Source of the DNA: Patescibacteria group bacterium
GTDB taxonomy: Bacteria; Patescibacteriota; Microgenomatia; UBA1400; PJMF01
DNA: 64,000 bases
Direction of reading: 5' to 3'
NCBI GenBank assembly: GCA_016861205.1
Contig: BOKX01000001.1
Location: 520,539 to 584,538 of the forward strand
In this document: in pieces, positions 10,150 to 20,138 of the stretch
How positions within the stretch are numbered: position 1 is the first letter of the stretch
How the letters are laid out: each line of letters starts with the position of its first letter
Notes under the pieces: model-generated
Seen by the model: only the letters and a program-made list of their open reading frames with translations
Databases searched by the model: none
Told to the model about the DNA's origin: nothing
Made by a program: the position numbers and the translations under genes

Positions 10150-11884
10150 GTTTGCGTACTTTCTGAGTTGCCACTGGAACACTCACTTGAGTCTGGGCCA
10201 CCAGTATTCCTATCACAATCAGTACCGCCAAACCACTAACAGTATCACTGACTTGGCGAATCGGGGTCGGGCCAAACTGGACGCCTACCAAGTGTTCACC
10301 AGCTGGCACCGTGACAGCTACCAAACCCGGCGGAACTTGCTGTTTAGCAACCCATTGACCGTCAACAGACACCCGCCAACCAGGGAAATCAGCAATAGAC
10401 CATACCACTTCAGCAGGATCAATCAATGAAACTTTCAATAGCTTTTCGTGCCCTCGATTAACCGCCAGAGCATCAGGTTGGACGGGCTGACCAGCCACGG
10501 TCACTACCTGAGTGGGCGGCAAAATATCGAGTACGCCTGGCATTTGGCTGGGCACATAGTCATTGAGCACTTGACTCAGTTGTGATTGGATGTGGTTGAT
10601 GTCAACAGAGTACAAACCACTGGGATCACGCAACACTGCCTCAGGTTGAAAATAACCCACATTTCCCACTCCAATTACCAGTGACACTATCAGTGCATAA
10701 CTCCACCGCTGGCGAGTGGTTTTGAGCCAACCAGCTACACTTCCGACGGCTAAGGCCAAAAATACACAGGCCGGTCCAAGCCATCGCCATGGGAACTGAA
10801 CATACTGTAGCGGCTGCATCGTCTGCCAAATCGGCATCGATCTACCCAACGTCATGAAAATACTCATCCCGGTCAGCAACATTACTAAACCGTACTTCAG
10901 CAAATCTTGGTTCAGGACTATTTTTCGCCAATTTGACTTGGCGCGAACTTCCCACCAGCGCACAGCCAAGATAATTGATAACAACAACCCCAACCACTGC
11001 CCCCATCCTAAGAAAAAGGACAACCCATCATCCGGGCCCCAACTCGAACCACCATATCCCCAGCCAGGTTTAATGAACTGCCGCAAGTACAAGAAGTGAA
11101 GCGAGTAGTCAAAATAGCCACCCACAATCTGGCTGACTTTTGTAAAGTCTTTTTCAAAGTACGCCGGCACCAAGTAAAAAACTGTCAGCGCCAACCCCAA
11201 CACATAGCTGGCCCCCATTTTCAACAATCGTTGCCACCATGCGCTGGGGCGTTCAATAATCAGTACCCCCACCCCAAAAACAACACTCAACGGAACACAC
11301 AAGATGGTCATCAAGTTGTGACTGAGGCAAAGCGTGGCTAAAGAAAGCACAATCATTAACCAACCATACTTTTCACCCCTCGCAACTTTGATCGTGCCAA
11401 GCAACAACCATGGCAACGCCATAATACCCCAAGCTTCACTTAACGCTCCCCGCACGAAGAGATTAACAGCTCGATACGGAGCCAGGGTCACCGCTGCCGC
11501 CGTCAACAAGCCGGTTGGTTCGTCCCGCCATTTTTTGCCCAAATAGTATCCCCCAACCATTGTCATGAATGAACAACCTGCCCACAGCAACTTGAGCACG
11601 ATCGTCATCGGAACTCCACTCCACCACAGTAAACCACCAACGTAAAACGGTAAGGGGGCATAAAACTCAAATAGAGGCATCCCGTAACCAGTGCCAAAGT
11701 TGGCACTCCATCGGACCGGCCAGTGACCTTCACTAGCTGCCCTGGTCAGCTCTGCTACTCGGGCGGCATGCACAAAGTCGTGAACTCGAAAAAAACCTGG
11801 TCTGAACAGCGACCAAGAACTGGCCAACCAAATCAAACCCAACCAAATGCAAATTGCGAGGCGTGTTCGCCAATTATGTTTCAT
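10142..11884 (-). CDS. GT-C-like membrane protein (PTPS-related/YfhO-like C-terminus)
   Basis: HD..H, GYGMPLFEFYAPL, RGALSE, QFPWR, and C-terminal FPGWRVSVDG..VPAGEH. Confidence 0.78.
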   Translation of the reverse strand: MKHNWRTRLAICIWLGLIWLASSWSLFRPGFFRVHDFVHAARVAELTRAASEGHWPVRWSANFGTGYGMPLFEFYAPLPFYVGGLLWWSGVPMTIVLKLLWAGCSFMTMVGGYYLGKKWRDEPTGLLTAAAVTLAPYRAVNLFVRGALSEAWGIMALPWLLLGTIKVARGEKYGWLMIVLSLATLCLSHNLMTILCVPLSVVFGVGVLIIERPSAWWQRLLKMGASYVLGLALTVFYLVPAYFEKDFTKVSQIVGGYFDYSLHFLYLRQFIKPGWGYGGSSWGPDDGLSFFLGWGQWLGLLLSIILAVRWWEVRAKSNWRKIVLNQDLLKYGLVMLLTGMSIFMTLGRSMPIWQTMQPLQYVQFPWRWLGPACVFLALAVGSVAGWLKTTRQRWSYALIVSLVIGVGNVGYFQPEAVLRDPSGLYSVDINHIQSQLSQVLNDYVPSQMPGVLDILPPTQVVTVAGQPVQPDALAVNRGHEKLLKVSLIDPAEVVWSIADFPGWRVSVDGQWVAKQQVPPGLVAVTVPAGEHLVGVQFGPTPIRQVSDTVSGLAVLIVIGILVAQTQVSVPVATQKVRKHD

Positions 11885-11939
11885 ACGTCTATTCTAGACT
11901 ATCAGATTTTCTGGAAGTCGTGGCATAATCAATACAGCT

Positions 11940-13064
11940 ATGATGATCGGCGTGCCGACCTCACCACCTTTGCCTCCAGCACCTCAACCTCAACTGAGTC
12001 TAACCAAGTTGTTCCTCAAAACCAGCATCTGGACACTAATCTTTTTGTTCGGCATGTTCATTATAACGGCTGGTGTCGGCGTAGTGTATCTCTGGAGCCA
12101 AGCCCAAATTTTCGCCCGAACGGCGAATGTCGAACTGCCTGCACTTGCGCAACAGATCAATCAAGGCTGGCAACAAACCCCGACACAAACTCAGGGTCGG
12201 AAAATTATTCTGTTGCTGGGGGTTGATACGTTGGCCGGTCGTGGCAACGCCCCCCCACTCACTGACACGATGGCCTTGTTAGCGGTCAATTTTAATGATG
12301 GAACCATCACTAGTTTGCCAATTCCTCGTGACCTGTGGAGTCAAGAGTACCAAACAAAAATTAATGCGTTGTACTGGTATGGCCAAGATCGCTACCCAGA
12401 GCAACCTCAGCAATTTCCAACCGAAGTTATCACTCAGTTAACGGGCTTGCCAATTCACCACACCGTGGTGCTGTCGCTCGATCAGGTTTCAGAGTTAATC
12501 GACCTCCTTGGAGGCGTGGAGATCAATGTCGAGACGGGGTTTGTTGATCATGAGTTCCCCAGACCCGGCGTAGAAGTTGCGACCGAACACGACCCCACCA
12601 AGTTGTACATGACTGTCGAGTTTCAACCAGGTCCACAAATCATGAATGGCGAACGCGCCCTTCAGTTCATGCGGAGCCGGCACAGTGGTGATGATGAAGG
12701 TGACGATGTGGCTCGTGGCCGTCGCCAACAGCAAGTCATTGGAGCAACCATTGCTGCCATCACCAGCCCTCGAAATCTTAAAAACCCGGTGCTCCTTGGA
12801 CACCTCTACCAGTGGTACAGTCGCTTTTTCTCCAGCATCATCCCACTACCTGAAGCGGTTGCCACAGCAAAGGCATTGTTGCCCGTTCGTCGTCAGCTAG
12901 TCTTCACTGGTCAAAGCTTAGGCGTGTATCCTGACGATGAAACTGGCTTACTTATTCATCCTCCTGTCACAGCTCAATATCAAAACCAATGGGTATACAC
13001 TATTCGAGAACCAGCCACGTTTGCGCGTGATGTTCAGGCTCGGTTAGGAATCACACAACTATGA
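11940..13064 (+). CDS. LytR-CpsA-Psr (LCP) glycopolymer transferase
   Basis: Single TM, ILLLGVD, TDTM, IPRDLW, KINALY, ALQFMRSRH, R..RQQQV. Confidence 0.92.
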   Translation: MMIGVPTSPPLPPAPQPQLSLTKLFLKTSIWTLIFLFGMFIITAGVGVVYLWSQAQIFARTANVELPALAQQINQGWQQTPTQTQGRKIILLLGVDTLAGRGNAPPLTDTMALLAVNFNDGTITSLPIPRDLWSQEYQTKINALYWYGQDRYPEQPQQFPTEVITQLTGLPIHHTVVLSLDQVSELIDLLGGVEINVETGFVDHEFPRPGVEVATEHDPTKLYMTVEFQPGPQIMNGERALQFMRSRHSGDDEGDDVARGRRQQQVIGATIAAITSPRNLKNPVLLGHLYQWYSRFFSSIIPLPEAVATAKALLPVRRQLVFTGQSLGVYPDDETGLLIHPPVTAQYQNQWVYTIREPATFARDVQARLGITQL

Positions 13065-13243
13065 CCAAAGACCAACCTTTTAGTCCCACGTTTGTGACCA
13101 GACTCTTAGTGATTCTGACTATCGTGTTTGCCCTGGCTGCCGGCTACTATCGGTCCGTCTTGCTCATTTACCACCGCCAATACGTTAAGCTCGACACGCA
13201 ATACCGCCAACTGCAACTACAAGAAAGAGGAGAAGCACGCTAA
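13061..13243 (+). CDS. Small single-TM hypothetical protein
   Basis: ATGA-coupled to the LCP gene; TM helix then a coiled-coil-like tail. Confidence 0.6.
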   Translation: MTKDQPFSPTFVTRLLVILTIVFALAAGYYRSVLLIYHRQYVKLDTQYRQLQLQERGEAR

Positions 13244-13255
13244 GATAGCATCAGT

Positions 13256-14287
13256 ATGTCACAAACTGTACTCGTCACCGGCGGAGCCGGCTTCATTGGC
13301 TCAAACTTCATTCACTACTGGCTGAAAAACCATCCTGAAGACACTGTCATAAATCTTGATGCGTTAACCTATGCTGGAAACCCTGCTAGTCTGCAAGATA
13401 TCGCGGGCTTACCTAACTATGTGTTTGTGGAAGGCAACATCACTGACGGTGAGCTGGTCAACAAAATCATGGATGATGTTGACGTCGTAGTACACTTTGC
13501 GGCCGAGTCACATGTTGATCGATCAATCTTAGAACCCAGCATCTTCTTAACTACAAACGTTATCGGCACCCAGGTTTTGCTCGACGCTGCACTCAAAAAT
13601 CACGTCAAGCGTTTTCATCACATCTCAACCGACGAAGTCTTTGGTTCACTTGAGCTGAACTCTAGTGAAAAGTTCACCCTCAAAACACCCTACGATCCTC
13701 GCAGCCCTTACTCAGCCAGTAAAGCTGGTTCTGATCACTTAGTCAGAGCCTATGGTGAGACCTACGGCTTGCCATTCACGCTCACCAATTGTTCGAATAA
13801 CTATGGTGAGTTTCAGTTTCCAGAAAAATTGTTCGGGTTGGCGATCACCAATGTTTTGGAAGGCAAAAAAGTGCCTGTCTATGGCGATGGATTGAATGTT
13901 CGTGACTGGCTCTACGTTCAGGATCACTGTTCAGCCATTGAAAAGGTCCTGCTCAATGGTCGTGAAGGCGCCACCTATCTAGTCGGTGGTTTAGTTGGTG
14001 ACATCTCCAATATTGACGTTGTCAAACTCATCTTGAAACTCATGGACCGTGACGACAGCCAAATCGAGTTTGTGAAGGACCGAGCAGGTCACGATCGCCG
14101 CTACGCCATTGACTGGTCGCACTTAAATCAAGAACTCGGTTGGTCCCCGTCAGTGACTTTGGAAGAAGGTCTGCAAAAAACGATTGATTGGTACACCCAA
14201 AATGAAGCTTGGTGGCGACCACTCAAAGCCAGTGCTCAAGCATTTTTTGCTCAAAACTATAAACCTGCCACCGAGGCTCACTCATGA
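13256..14287 (+). CDS. rfbB: dTDP-glucose 4,6-dehydratase
   Basis: TGGAGFIG, FAAESHVDRSI, STDEV, YSASK, GHDRRY. Confidence 0.96.
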   Translation: MSQTVLVTGGAGFIGSNFIHYWLKNHPEDTVINLDALTYAGNPASLQDIAGLPNYVFVEGNITDGELVNKIMDDVDVVVHFAAESHVDRSILEPSIFLTTNVIGTQVLLDAALKNHVKRFHHISTDEVFGSLELNSSEKFTLKTPYDPRSPYSASKAGSDHLVRAYGETYGLPFTLTNCSNNYGEFQFPEKLFGLAITNVLEGKKVPVYGDGLNVRDWLYVQDHCSAIEKVLLNGREGATYLVGGLVGDISNIDVVKLILKLMDRDDSQIEFVKDRAGHDRRYAIDWSHLNQELGWSPSVTLEEGLQKTIDWYTQNEAWWRPLKASAQAFFAQNYKPATEAHS

Positions 14288-15156
14288 CAAAGGTTCTCAC
14301 TACCGGTTTAAATGGCTTAGTCGGTTCCAAATTGGCCAGCAGTTTTGCAGATCAGTACGAGTTCGACAACCTCGATATTTCCCACTCAGAACGACCAGTC
14401 GACATCACCAACCTTGAAGCCGTTACAACTGTTTTTGCCGCCAATCCAGCTGAAGTGGTCGTTCACTTTGCAGCGTACACCGACGTAACAGGTGCCTGGA
14501 AACAAACTGGTGATACCAATGGCCTGGCGTATCGGGTCAATGTGGTTGGCACCCAAAACGTAGTGGCTGCAGCAGAGGCCACTCAAAAACACGTCATTCA
14601 CATCTCGACTTCATACGTCTTTGATGGTGAAAAGTCAGAACCATATCTGGAAGATGACACCCCAAAACCAATCGAGTGGTATGGTCAAACCAAAGCACTG
14701 GCTGAAACGGCAGTTACCAATAGTTCGGCACCATGGACCATTTTGCGAATTGATCAACCCTTCCGCAGTGATCCGTTTTCGCGACCTGACGTTGTGCGAC
14801 GCATCGTTGAAAAGCTACAAGCCAACACGCTGCCACCTCAGTTCGCAGATCACTTCATCGGCCCCACCTACATCGATGACTTTGTGAAAGTCATTGACTG
14901 GGTCATCAGAACCCGAGCCACTGGCATTTTTCACGCTAGCAGTGGCGAAATGTGGTCAGACTATGACTTGGCTCTGACTATTAAAGATACACTTCACCTG
15001 CCGGGCACCGTCAGCCGAGGTAGTTTGAGCGAGTATCTCAAAACGAGTAATAGGCCATATCAGCGAAATACAAGTCTAAACTGCCAAAAACTCAGTTCGC
15101 AGCTTGATTTTGAACTAACACCAGTGGCGACAGCCATCGGCCAAGTTCAACTCTGA
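14284..15156 (+). CDS. rfbD: dTDP-4-dehydrorhamnose reductase
   Basis: TG.NG.VG, AAYTDV, IST.YVFDG, YGQTK. Confidence 0.85.
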   Translation: MTKVLTTGLNGLVGSKLASSFADQYEFDNLDISHSERPVDITNLEAVTTVFAANPAEVVVHFAAYTDVTGAWKQTGDTNGLAYRVNVVGTQNVVAAAEATQKHVIHISTSYVFDGEKSEPYLEDDTPKPIEWYGQTKALAETAVTNSSAPWTILRIDQPFRSDPFSRPDVVRRIVEKLQANTLPPQFADHFIGPTYIDDFVKVIDWVIRTRATGIFHASSGEMWSDYDLALTIKDTLHLPGTVSRGSLSEYLKTSNRPYQRNTSLNCQKLSSQLDFELTPVATAIGQVQL

Positions 15157-15183
15157 GAGTCTACTTAAAACCTGGTCTTAACT

Positions 15184-16686
15184 ATGACATCGGACACAAC
15201 TTGGTTAACATGGCTCAAAACTCGACCTCACTGGTGGTGGCTGGGAGTGCTGGTGGTGTTGGCACTCAGCCTTCGCCTGTATCACTTTCGTGAGCTGATG
15301 ATCTTCACCTATGACCAAGGTCGGGATATGTACGTGTTGCAGCAAATCAGCCGCGGCGACATCAAGCTGGTTGGCCCTACGACTGGCCTACCAGGCGTTT
15401 TCTTAGGTCCCTTCTTTTACTATGCCTTGCTACCTGGATTTATCCTGAGTGGCGGCAGTCCCTTTGGGACAGTAATTTGGCAAATGACCGTTATTACCCT
15501 TGGATTACCTCTGCTCTACTTGGTGCTCAAACCAGCTGTGGGCAAACACTGGGCACTCATTGCAGCCGCGCTGATGGTGCTCGCACCTGGATCAATTGAA
15601 GAGGCACGGGTAATGTGGAATCCTTCCTGGACGGTTATGACTTTACTGACCACGTTGGCTTGTCTCTGGCAGTCTCGTCGTCAACCTTGGTGGCTAACTG
15701 CCAGTGCATTAGCATTTGGTCTGTGTTTGCAAACAGAGCTGGCTTACGCCATTTTTATGGCCCCGGTGTTAGGCATCTGGGTACTCTCCCAAATTAAGTG
15801 GTCAAACAAGTCTCAGGGCATCTACACTTGGCAAGTTCTGGCCGCTAGCGTGGTAGCACTGGGACTGACACTGATCCCACAACTGCTGTTTGAAGTTAAG
15901 TATGATGGTTTAATCACCCGCTCACTGATCAAGGAAATGGGTGATACCACCAAACAAGTAGCCTTGAGTCAGGTTTGGGCCGATCGACCATCAGCCATGG
16001 CCAAAGAAATGGTTCGGGTCGTCACTGGCACCACAGTTAATTATCAGTGGTGGTGGCTGGGGTTCTGGTTAATGGGTGCTTGGGCAATCACCCGCCCCAA
16101 ACTTAGCCCTGAAGCGAAAACACTCTGGTGGTTGTGGGCGTTACCCCTTTTTGGCTTTATGTGGCACCGCGGCAACTATGGGTACTTCTTTAACTACTAT
16201 CTGTCTCCACACTATGCTCTGACTTTGGCAGTGTTAGTAATGGCTTTGGCAAACTGGTGGCAAAACCGCCGCTGGCGGTGGTTGGCCGGAACCATCTTGG
16301 TGTTGTACTTGGGTTTCTTTGTGAGATACGCCAAAGCTAACTTTACGATTGCTAACTTTGAGTACACCGCAGCCAAGCAAATTGAGGCGCTGCGTGTGGC
16401 TCGCCAACTGACAGCTAGCCCAACCGCTCCCATTGAGGTGTTTGTGCCTAACTTAGTCCCGGTGGCTTACCAATACCTCAGCGAGTGGCTGTCCCGGACT
16501 GGCCAAGCCGAACCAATTGATTTTGGGTTAAATGGTCAATCAGAGTACATCCTGATTCATGAGCCACCCATCGGTGATGGCAGCCGCAAAGCTTTTGAAG
16601 AGTGGTACCAAGGTCATCACCAAGGAGCAGTATGTCAGCCACCTCTCAAGTTTGGCATCACTACCGTCGAACACTGCCAGCGTTAG
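15184..16686 (+). CDS. GT-C (ArnT/PMT-like) glycosyltransferase
   Basis: LRLY..FTYDQGRD, GPTT..GPFFYY, WNP. Confidence 0.8.
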   Translation: MTSDTTWLTWLKTRPHWWWLGVLVVLALSLRLYHFRELMIFTYDQGRDMYVLQQISRGDIKLVGPTTGLPGVFLGPFFYYALLPGFILSGGSPFGTVIWQMTVITLGLPLLYLVLKPAVGKHWALIAAALMVLAPGSIEEARVMWNPSWTVMTLLTTLACLWQSRRQPWWLTASALAFGLCLQTELAYAIFMAPVLGIWVLSQIKWSNKSQGIYTWQVLAASVVALGLTLIPQLLFEVKYDGLITRSLIKEMGDTTKQVALSQVWADRPSAMAKEMVRVVTGTTVNYQWWWLGFWLMGAWAITRPKLSPEAKTLWWLWALPLFGFMWHRGNYGYFFNYYLSPHYALTLAVLVMALANWWQNRRWRWLAGTILVLYLGFFVRYAKANFTIANFEYTAAKQIEALRVARQLTASPTAPIEVFVPNLVPVAYQYLSEWLSRTGQAEPIDFGLNGQSEYILIHEPPIGDGSRKAFEEWYQGHHQGAVCQPPLKFGITTVEHCQR

Positions 16687-18230
16687 TTCATCGAGTTCCT
16701 GAGTCTGCTCTCGTTGCGTGTCTCGTGTTGCTGGCCATTGGCGTCCGCTGGTGGTCAATACGAGATAATCATGTCTTTTTTCACTTTGATCAGGCTCGCG
16801 ATGCTTTTGTCGCCCGCGAAATGGTTCAGAACCAAGATCTCAAGATTCAAGGTCCCTCTGCCAGTGGCACCAACGAAACGGTCTACCATGGCGTGGTGTA
16901 CTACTACGTCATCGCTCCACTTTATGCTGTGTTTAACGGCAATCCTTACTTGGTGACTATGGCACTCGCGGTGATCGGTGCCACCGCCGTCATTCCCACC
17001 TACTACCTCACCAAGTCACTCGCCACTTCGCCCGTAGCAGCGGGCCTGGCTGCAGGTCTGGTGGCAGTGTCACTCGAACAAACTCAAGCTTCCACTTGGC
17101 TATCAAATCCCACCTTGGTGGTGACACTCTCGGTCTGGTTTTACTACAGCTTGTGGCAAGTTTGTTGGCAAAATCGCCTCAAGTGGTGGCCAGTGGTCGC
17201 CATCACTCTGGGACTGAACCACCAAGCAGTGGTTGTGATGGTTTTCCTAGGTCTGAGCTTCGCGCTCGGTTTGGGGTGGCAAATGCACCAAACTGGCAAA
17301 CTACCCTGGCAAACTTGGGGATGGCGACGGTTAGGTGGCTTCTCTGCGCTGTACCTGGTGATAGTGGCCAGTATGGTACTCGTCCAAGCCAGGTTGGCGT
17401 GGCAAGGTATCTTTACTCTGTCGGCTCTGAAAACAGCGGCCACCGTCCACGAGTTACCAGAAGCTCAGGCTCTAAAAGTGTTAGGACTGTACTTGCGCAA
17501 AGGCAGCTTGGCTATTTTGCCTGCGTGGCCTGCCGCTTCGGTACTCGCGAGTGGTTGGCTGCTACTCGGGCTCGCCCGACTTCCACTCAACAAACGCGTG
17601 TTCTTGAGTCTTTGGTTGTTAGCCCCCCTGGGCTTGCTGGCCTGGCATGCTCGTAATGCATACCACGCCTTGTTGGGGTTAGAAGTACCACTCTACATCC
17701 TGTTGGCCGCCTGGTTGGCCAACCTTTGGCACAAGCCAGGTTTCGCCAAAATAGCGGTTGTTGGTGTAAGTGGGGCGATCGTTATGAGTCAACTGCTCAC
17801 CGTTCAGCAGTACTGGGCGAATGGCCTGACCACGTTCTCAATTGAGCAGGGTTTATTCTTGAACCAAGAACTGGCCGCGATTGATTACACCTATCAGCAA
17901 GCTTCTGGTCAACCCTTCAGCGTCTCAACCCTGACTGTTCCCTACGGATACAACCTAACTTGGGCATACCTTTACGATTGGTATGGGAGCAAACAGCACG
18001 GTTACCGACCAGACTGGTTTGGCAACTCGCAGGCAGGCACGCTGTGGGAAAGTAGCCTGAGCCCCACCGCTGTGCGACTGCCCCATCACGTGACAATTGC
18101 AGAACAAGTCAGTGGTTTGGAGAGTTGGTTGCGAGCTGAGTTTTTGGCAGCTCAGCCAAGCGCATCCACAGCTGCTGAAACGGTTCAGTTTGGAGCGGCT
18201 CGTGTTACGACTTACTCAGAGGCCCGTTGA
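16632..18230 (+). CDS. GT-C (ArnT/PMT-like) glycosyltransferase
   Basis: FHFDQARD, QGPSASG, HGVVYYY, SNP; start uncertain (ATG 16632 follows AAGGAG). Confidence 0.78.
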   Translation: MSATSQVWHHYRRTLPALVHRVPESALVACLVLLAIGVRWWSIRDNHVFFHFDQARDAFVAREMVQNQDLKIQGPSASGTNETVYHGVVYYYVIAPLYAVFNGNPYLVTMALAVIGATAVIPTYYLTKSLATSPVAAGLAAGLVAVSLEQTQASTWLSNPTLVVTLSVWFYYSLWQVCWQNRLKWWPVVAITLGLNHQAVVVMVFLGLSFALGLGWQMHQTGKLPWQTWGWRRLGGFSALYLVIVASMVLVQARLAWQGIFTLSALKTAATVHELPEAQALKVLGLYLRKGSLAILPAWPAASVLASGWLLLGLARLPLNKRVFLSLWLLAPLGLLAWHARNAYHALLGLEVPLYILLAAWLANLWHKPGFAKIAVVGVSGAIVMSQLLTVQQYWANGLTTFSIEQGLFLNQELAAIDYTYQQASGQPFSVSTLTVPYGYNLTWAYLYDWYGSKQHGYRPDWFGNSQAGTLWESSLSPTAVRLPHHVTIAEQVSGLESWLRAEFLAAQPSASTAAETVQFGAARVTTYSEAR

Positions 18231-18868
18231 CGCTGATCTTGGCGCCACTTCTCAATCTCGGCATGGTGACCACCCAGCAGGGTCGCTGGTACTGACCAAC
18301 CTCGGTACACTTCTGGCCGAGTGTACTGCGGGTAACCCAGTTGGCCTGGTTGATCGTGGGACTCACCTTGATTGCTGGCTTCGTTACCCAGTACGCCAGG
18401 TACTAAGCGGCTGACTGCATCCATGATGACCAAGGCGGCTGGTTCACCACCAGTTAACACGTAGTCCCCAATGCGAACTTCTTCATCTATTAAGTGCTCC
18501 GCCACCCGTTCATCGACACCTTCGTAGTGCCCGCAAATAATGGTCAAACTGTTATACGTAGCATAACGACGAGCTGTTTCTTGGGTAAAGAGCGGCCCTT
18601 TAGCCGAAGTTAAAATGGTGAGATTTTTGGCACCAGGTTGGGGTGGGTGGGCTTGAAGCGCCAAATCAATCGGCTCAACTTTCATGACCATGCCTGGCCC
18701 ACCGCCAAAGGGGCGGTCATCGGTGGTTTGGTGCTTGTCGGTGGCAAACTCGCGAATATCCACCACGTTCACTTTCGTTAAATCCTTAGCCTGGGCCCGT
18801 TTCAGAATTGAGCTGCTCAGGGGTGACTCAAAAAAATCGGGAAAGAGGGTCAAAACTTGAAACTGCAT
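18212..18868 (-). CDS. trmD: tRNA (guanine-N1)-methyltransferase
   Basis: LTLFP, DDRPFGGGPGMVM, CGHYEGVDER, GDYVLTGGE, PQYTRP. Confidence 0.97.
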   Translation of the reverse strand: MQFQVLTLFPDFFESPLSSSILKRAQAKDLTKVNVVDIREFATDKHQTTDDRPFGGGPGMVMKVEPIDLALQAHPPQPGAKNLTILTSAKGPLFTQETARRYATYNSLTIICGHYEGVDERVAEHLIDEEVRIGDYVLTGGEPAALVIMDAVSRLVPGVLGNEASNQGESHDQPGQLGYPQYTRPEVYRGWSVPATLLGGHHAEIEKWRQDQRQRASE

Positions 18869-18880
18869 ATGCACCTAGTA

Positions 18881-20020
18881 TTACACTATTTCATCTTCAT
18901 CTAGTAAGGCAGTTAGTTTGTCAGCTACTCCCCGCAGTGACATGATATCGTCTTGAGACACACTCTCGGCTGGGGCAGCCTGAATGAACTCATCAATGTA
19001 TCTACATATTTCACCGGTGACACTTCGCCAATCTGACTGTGGGTGCATACCAACGAAAACAGGTCCACCACTGACAGCTACTCTGGCAAAGGTCCGCAAC
19101 ATGAACAGATACCCCTCCAGTCTGGTCATCAACCGCATAAACTTACCTTCAGTTGGTTGAGCTTCCTCGGTTTCTCGGATAGCCTCTTTAAGATGGTTTG
19201 GTACATCAAGCTCTGGTTCCACGTCGTAATGCACTTTGAGGGGCAAACCCAAGGTCATGTACTTGGCAAAATGGCCTTTGACGAGGTCGGCAATTTCCAC
19301 CAAGTCTCTTGTTTCAAACATGCTCAAATCGAGCTGAAGATACACTTTGTTCCAATGATCATCAATAACCTCATCAGGCTGCTCTCCAGATAATGGCCAC
19401 GCCATCAATGGGTTATTGCTATTCTCAACATACAAGTACCATGACTTAATAATCCAAGCCGCCCGCGCCAGTAGTGCTTGTCTGACAAAGGCATTGATAA
19501 CTTGGTACTCCTCTTTGAACCACGGCTCAACTTTGGCAGAGATGTTCAATTGTTTGGGATACCCATGTTCGTCAGCACCATGACGAATGAAACCATTTTT
19601 TTGATTTCGCAGTTGTTGACTCAGTTGCCGCAACTTTTCTAGATCTGAAACGCCCGAACTATCTTGCTCGAGCCAGGCCAAGAGTTGGGCTCGGAATTGT
19701 TCTACTGCATCCTGCTGGTTCTCACTCCAACTCTTAGGCTCTCGAATGCTAGCTTGAATGAGCTCGCAGTACTCCTCTAGCTCTTGAGCTGTCTGCTCAA
19801 TTAACACAGATAGGTTGCTTTCACTTTTTTCTGCTGCAGCCAGCTTTTGATCCCAGGTTTCTCTAGCCTCTGCAATAAACTGTTCACGCCGTTGATCAGC
19901 CAGCGGTTTGCCCGTAAACAAAAACTCAAGCAAAAATGGGAACCAATAGTAAAAAAAGGCTTGGGGAGTTAAATATCGGCTTCGCTCAAAAAGAGCACTT
20001 AAGGCAGGCTTTTCAGACAT
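18881..20020 (-). CDS. Hypothetical acidic, helical protein
   Basis: 379-aa ORF with TATAAT 5 nt before the ATG; no motif recognised. Confidence 0.7.
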   Translation of the reverse strand: MSEKPALSALFERSRYLTPQAFFYYWFPFLLEFLFTGKPLADQRREQFIAEARETWDQKLAAAEKSESNLSVLIEQTAQELEEYCELIQASIREPKSWSENQQDAVEQFRAQLLAWLEQDSSGVSDLEKLRQLSQQLRNQKNGFIRHGADEHGYPKQLNISAKVEPWFKEEYQVINAFVRQALLARAAWIIKSWYLYVENSNNPLMAWPLSGEQPDEVIDDHWNKVYLQLDLSMFETRDLVEIADLVKGHFAKYMTLGLPLKVHYDVEPELDVPNHLKEAIRETEEAQPTEGKFMRLMTRLEGYLFMLRTFARVAVSGGPVFVGMHPQSDWRSVTGEICRYIDEFIQAAPAESVSQDDIMSLRGVADKLTALLDEDEIV

Positions 20021-20138
20021 ACCTAATTATATCAAATAAGATCATATTTCAGGTTTCCAACCCATAGCTTGTGATATACTGGTTTTTGTTAAAACAAGCT
20101 ATCTGCCATCAACTAGAGCTTATCTTAGAAAGTGACCT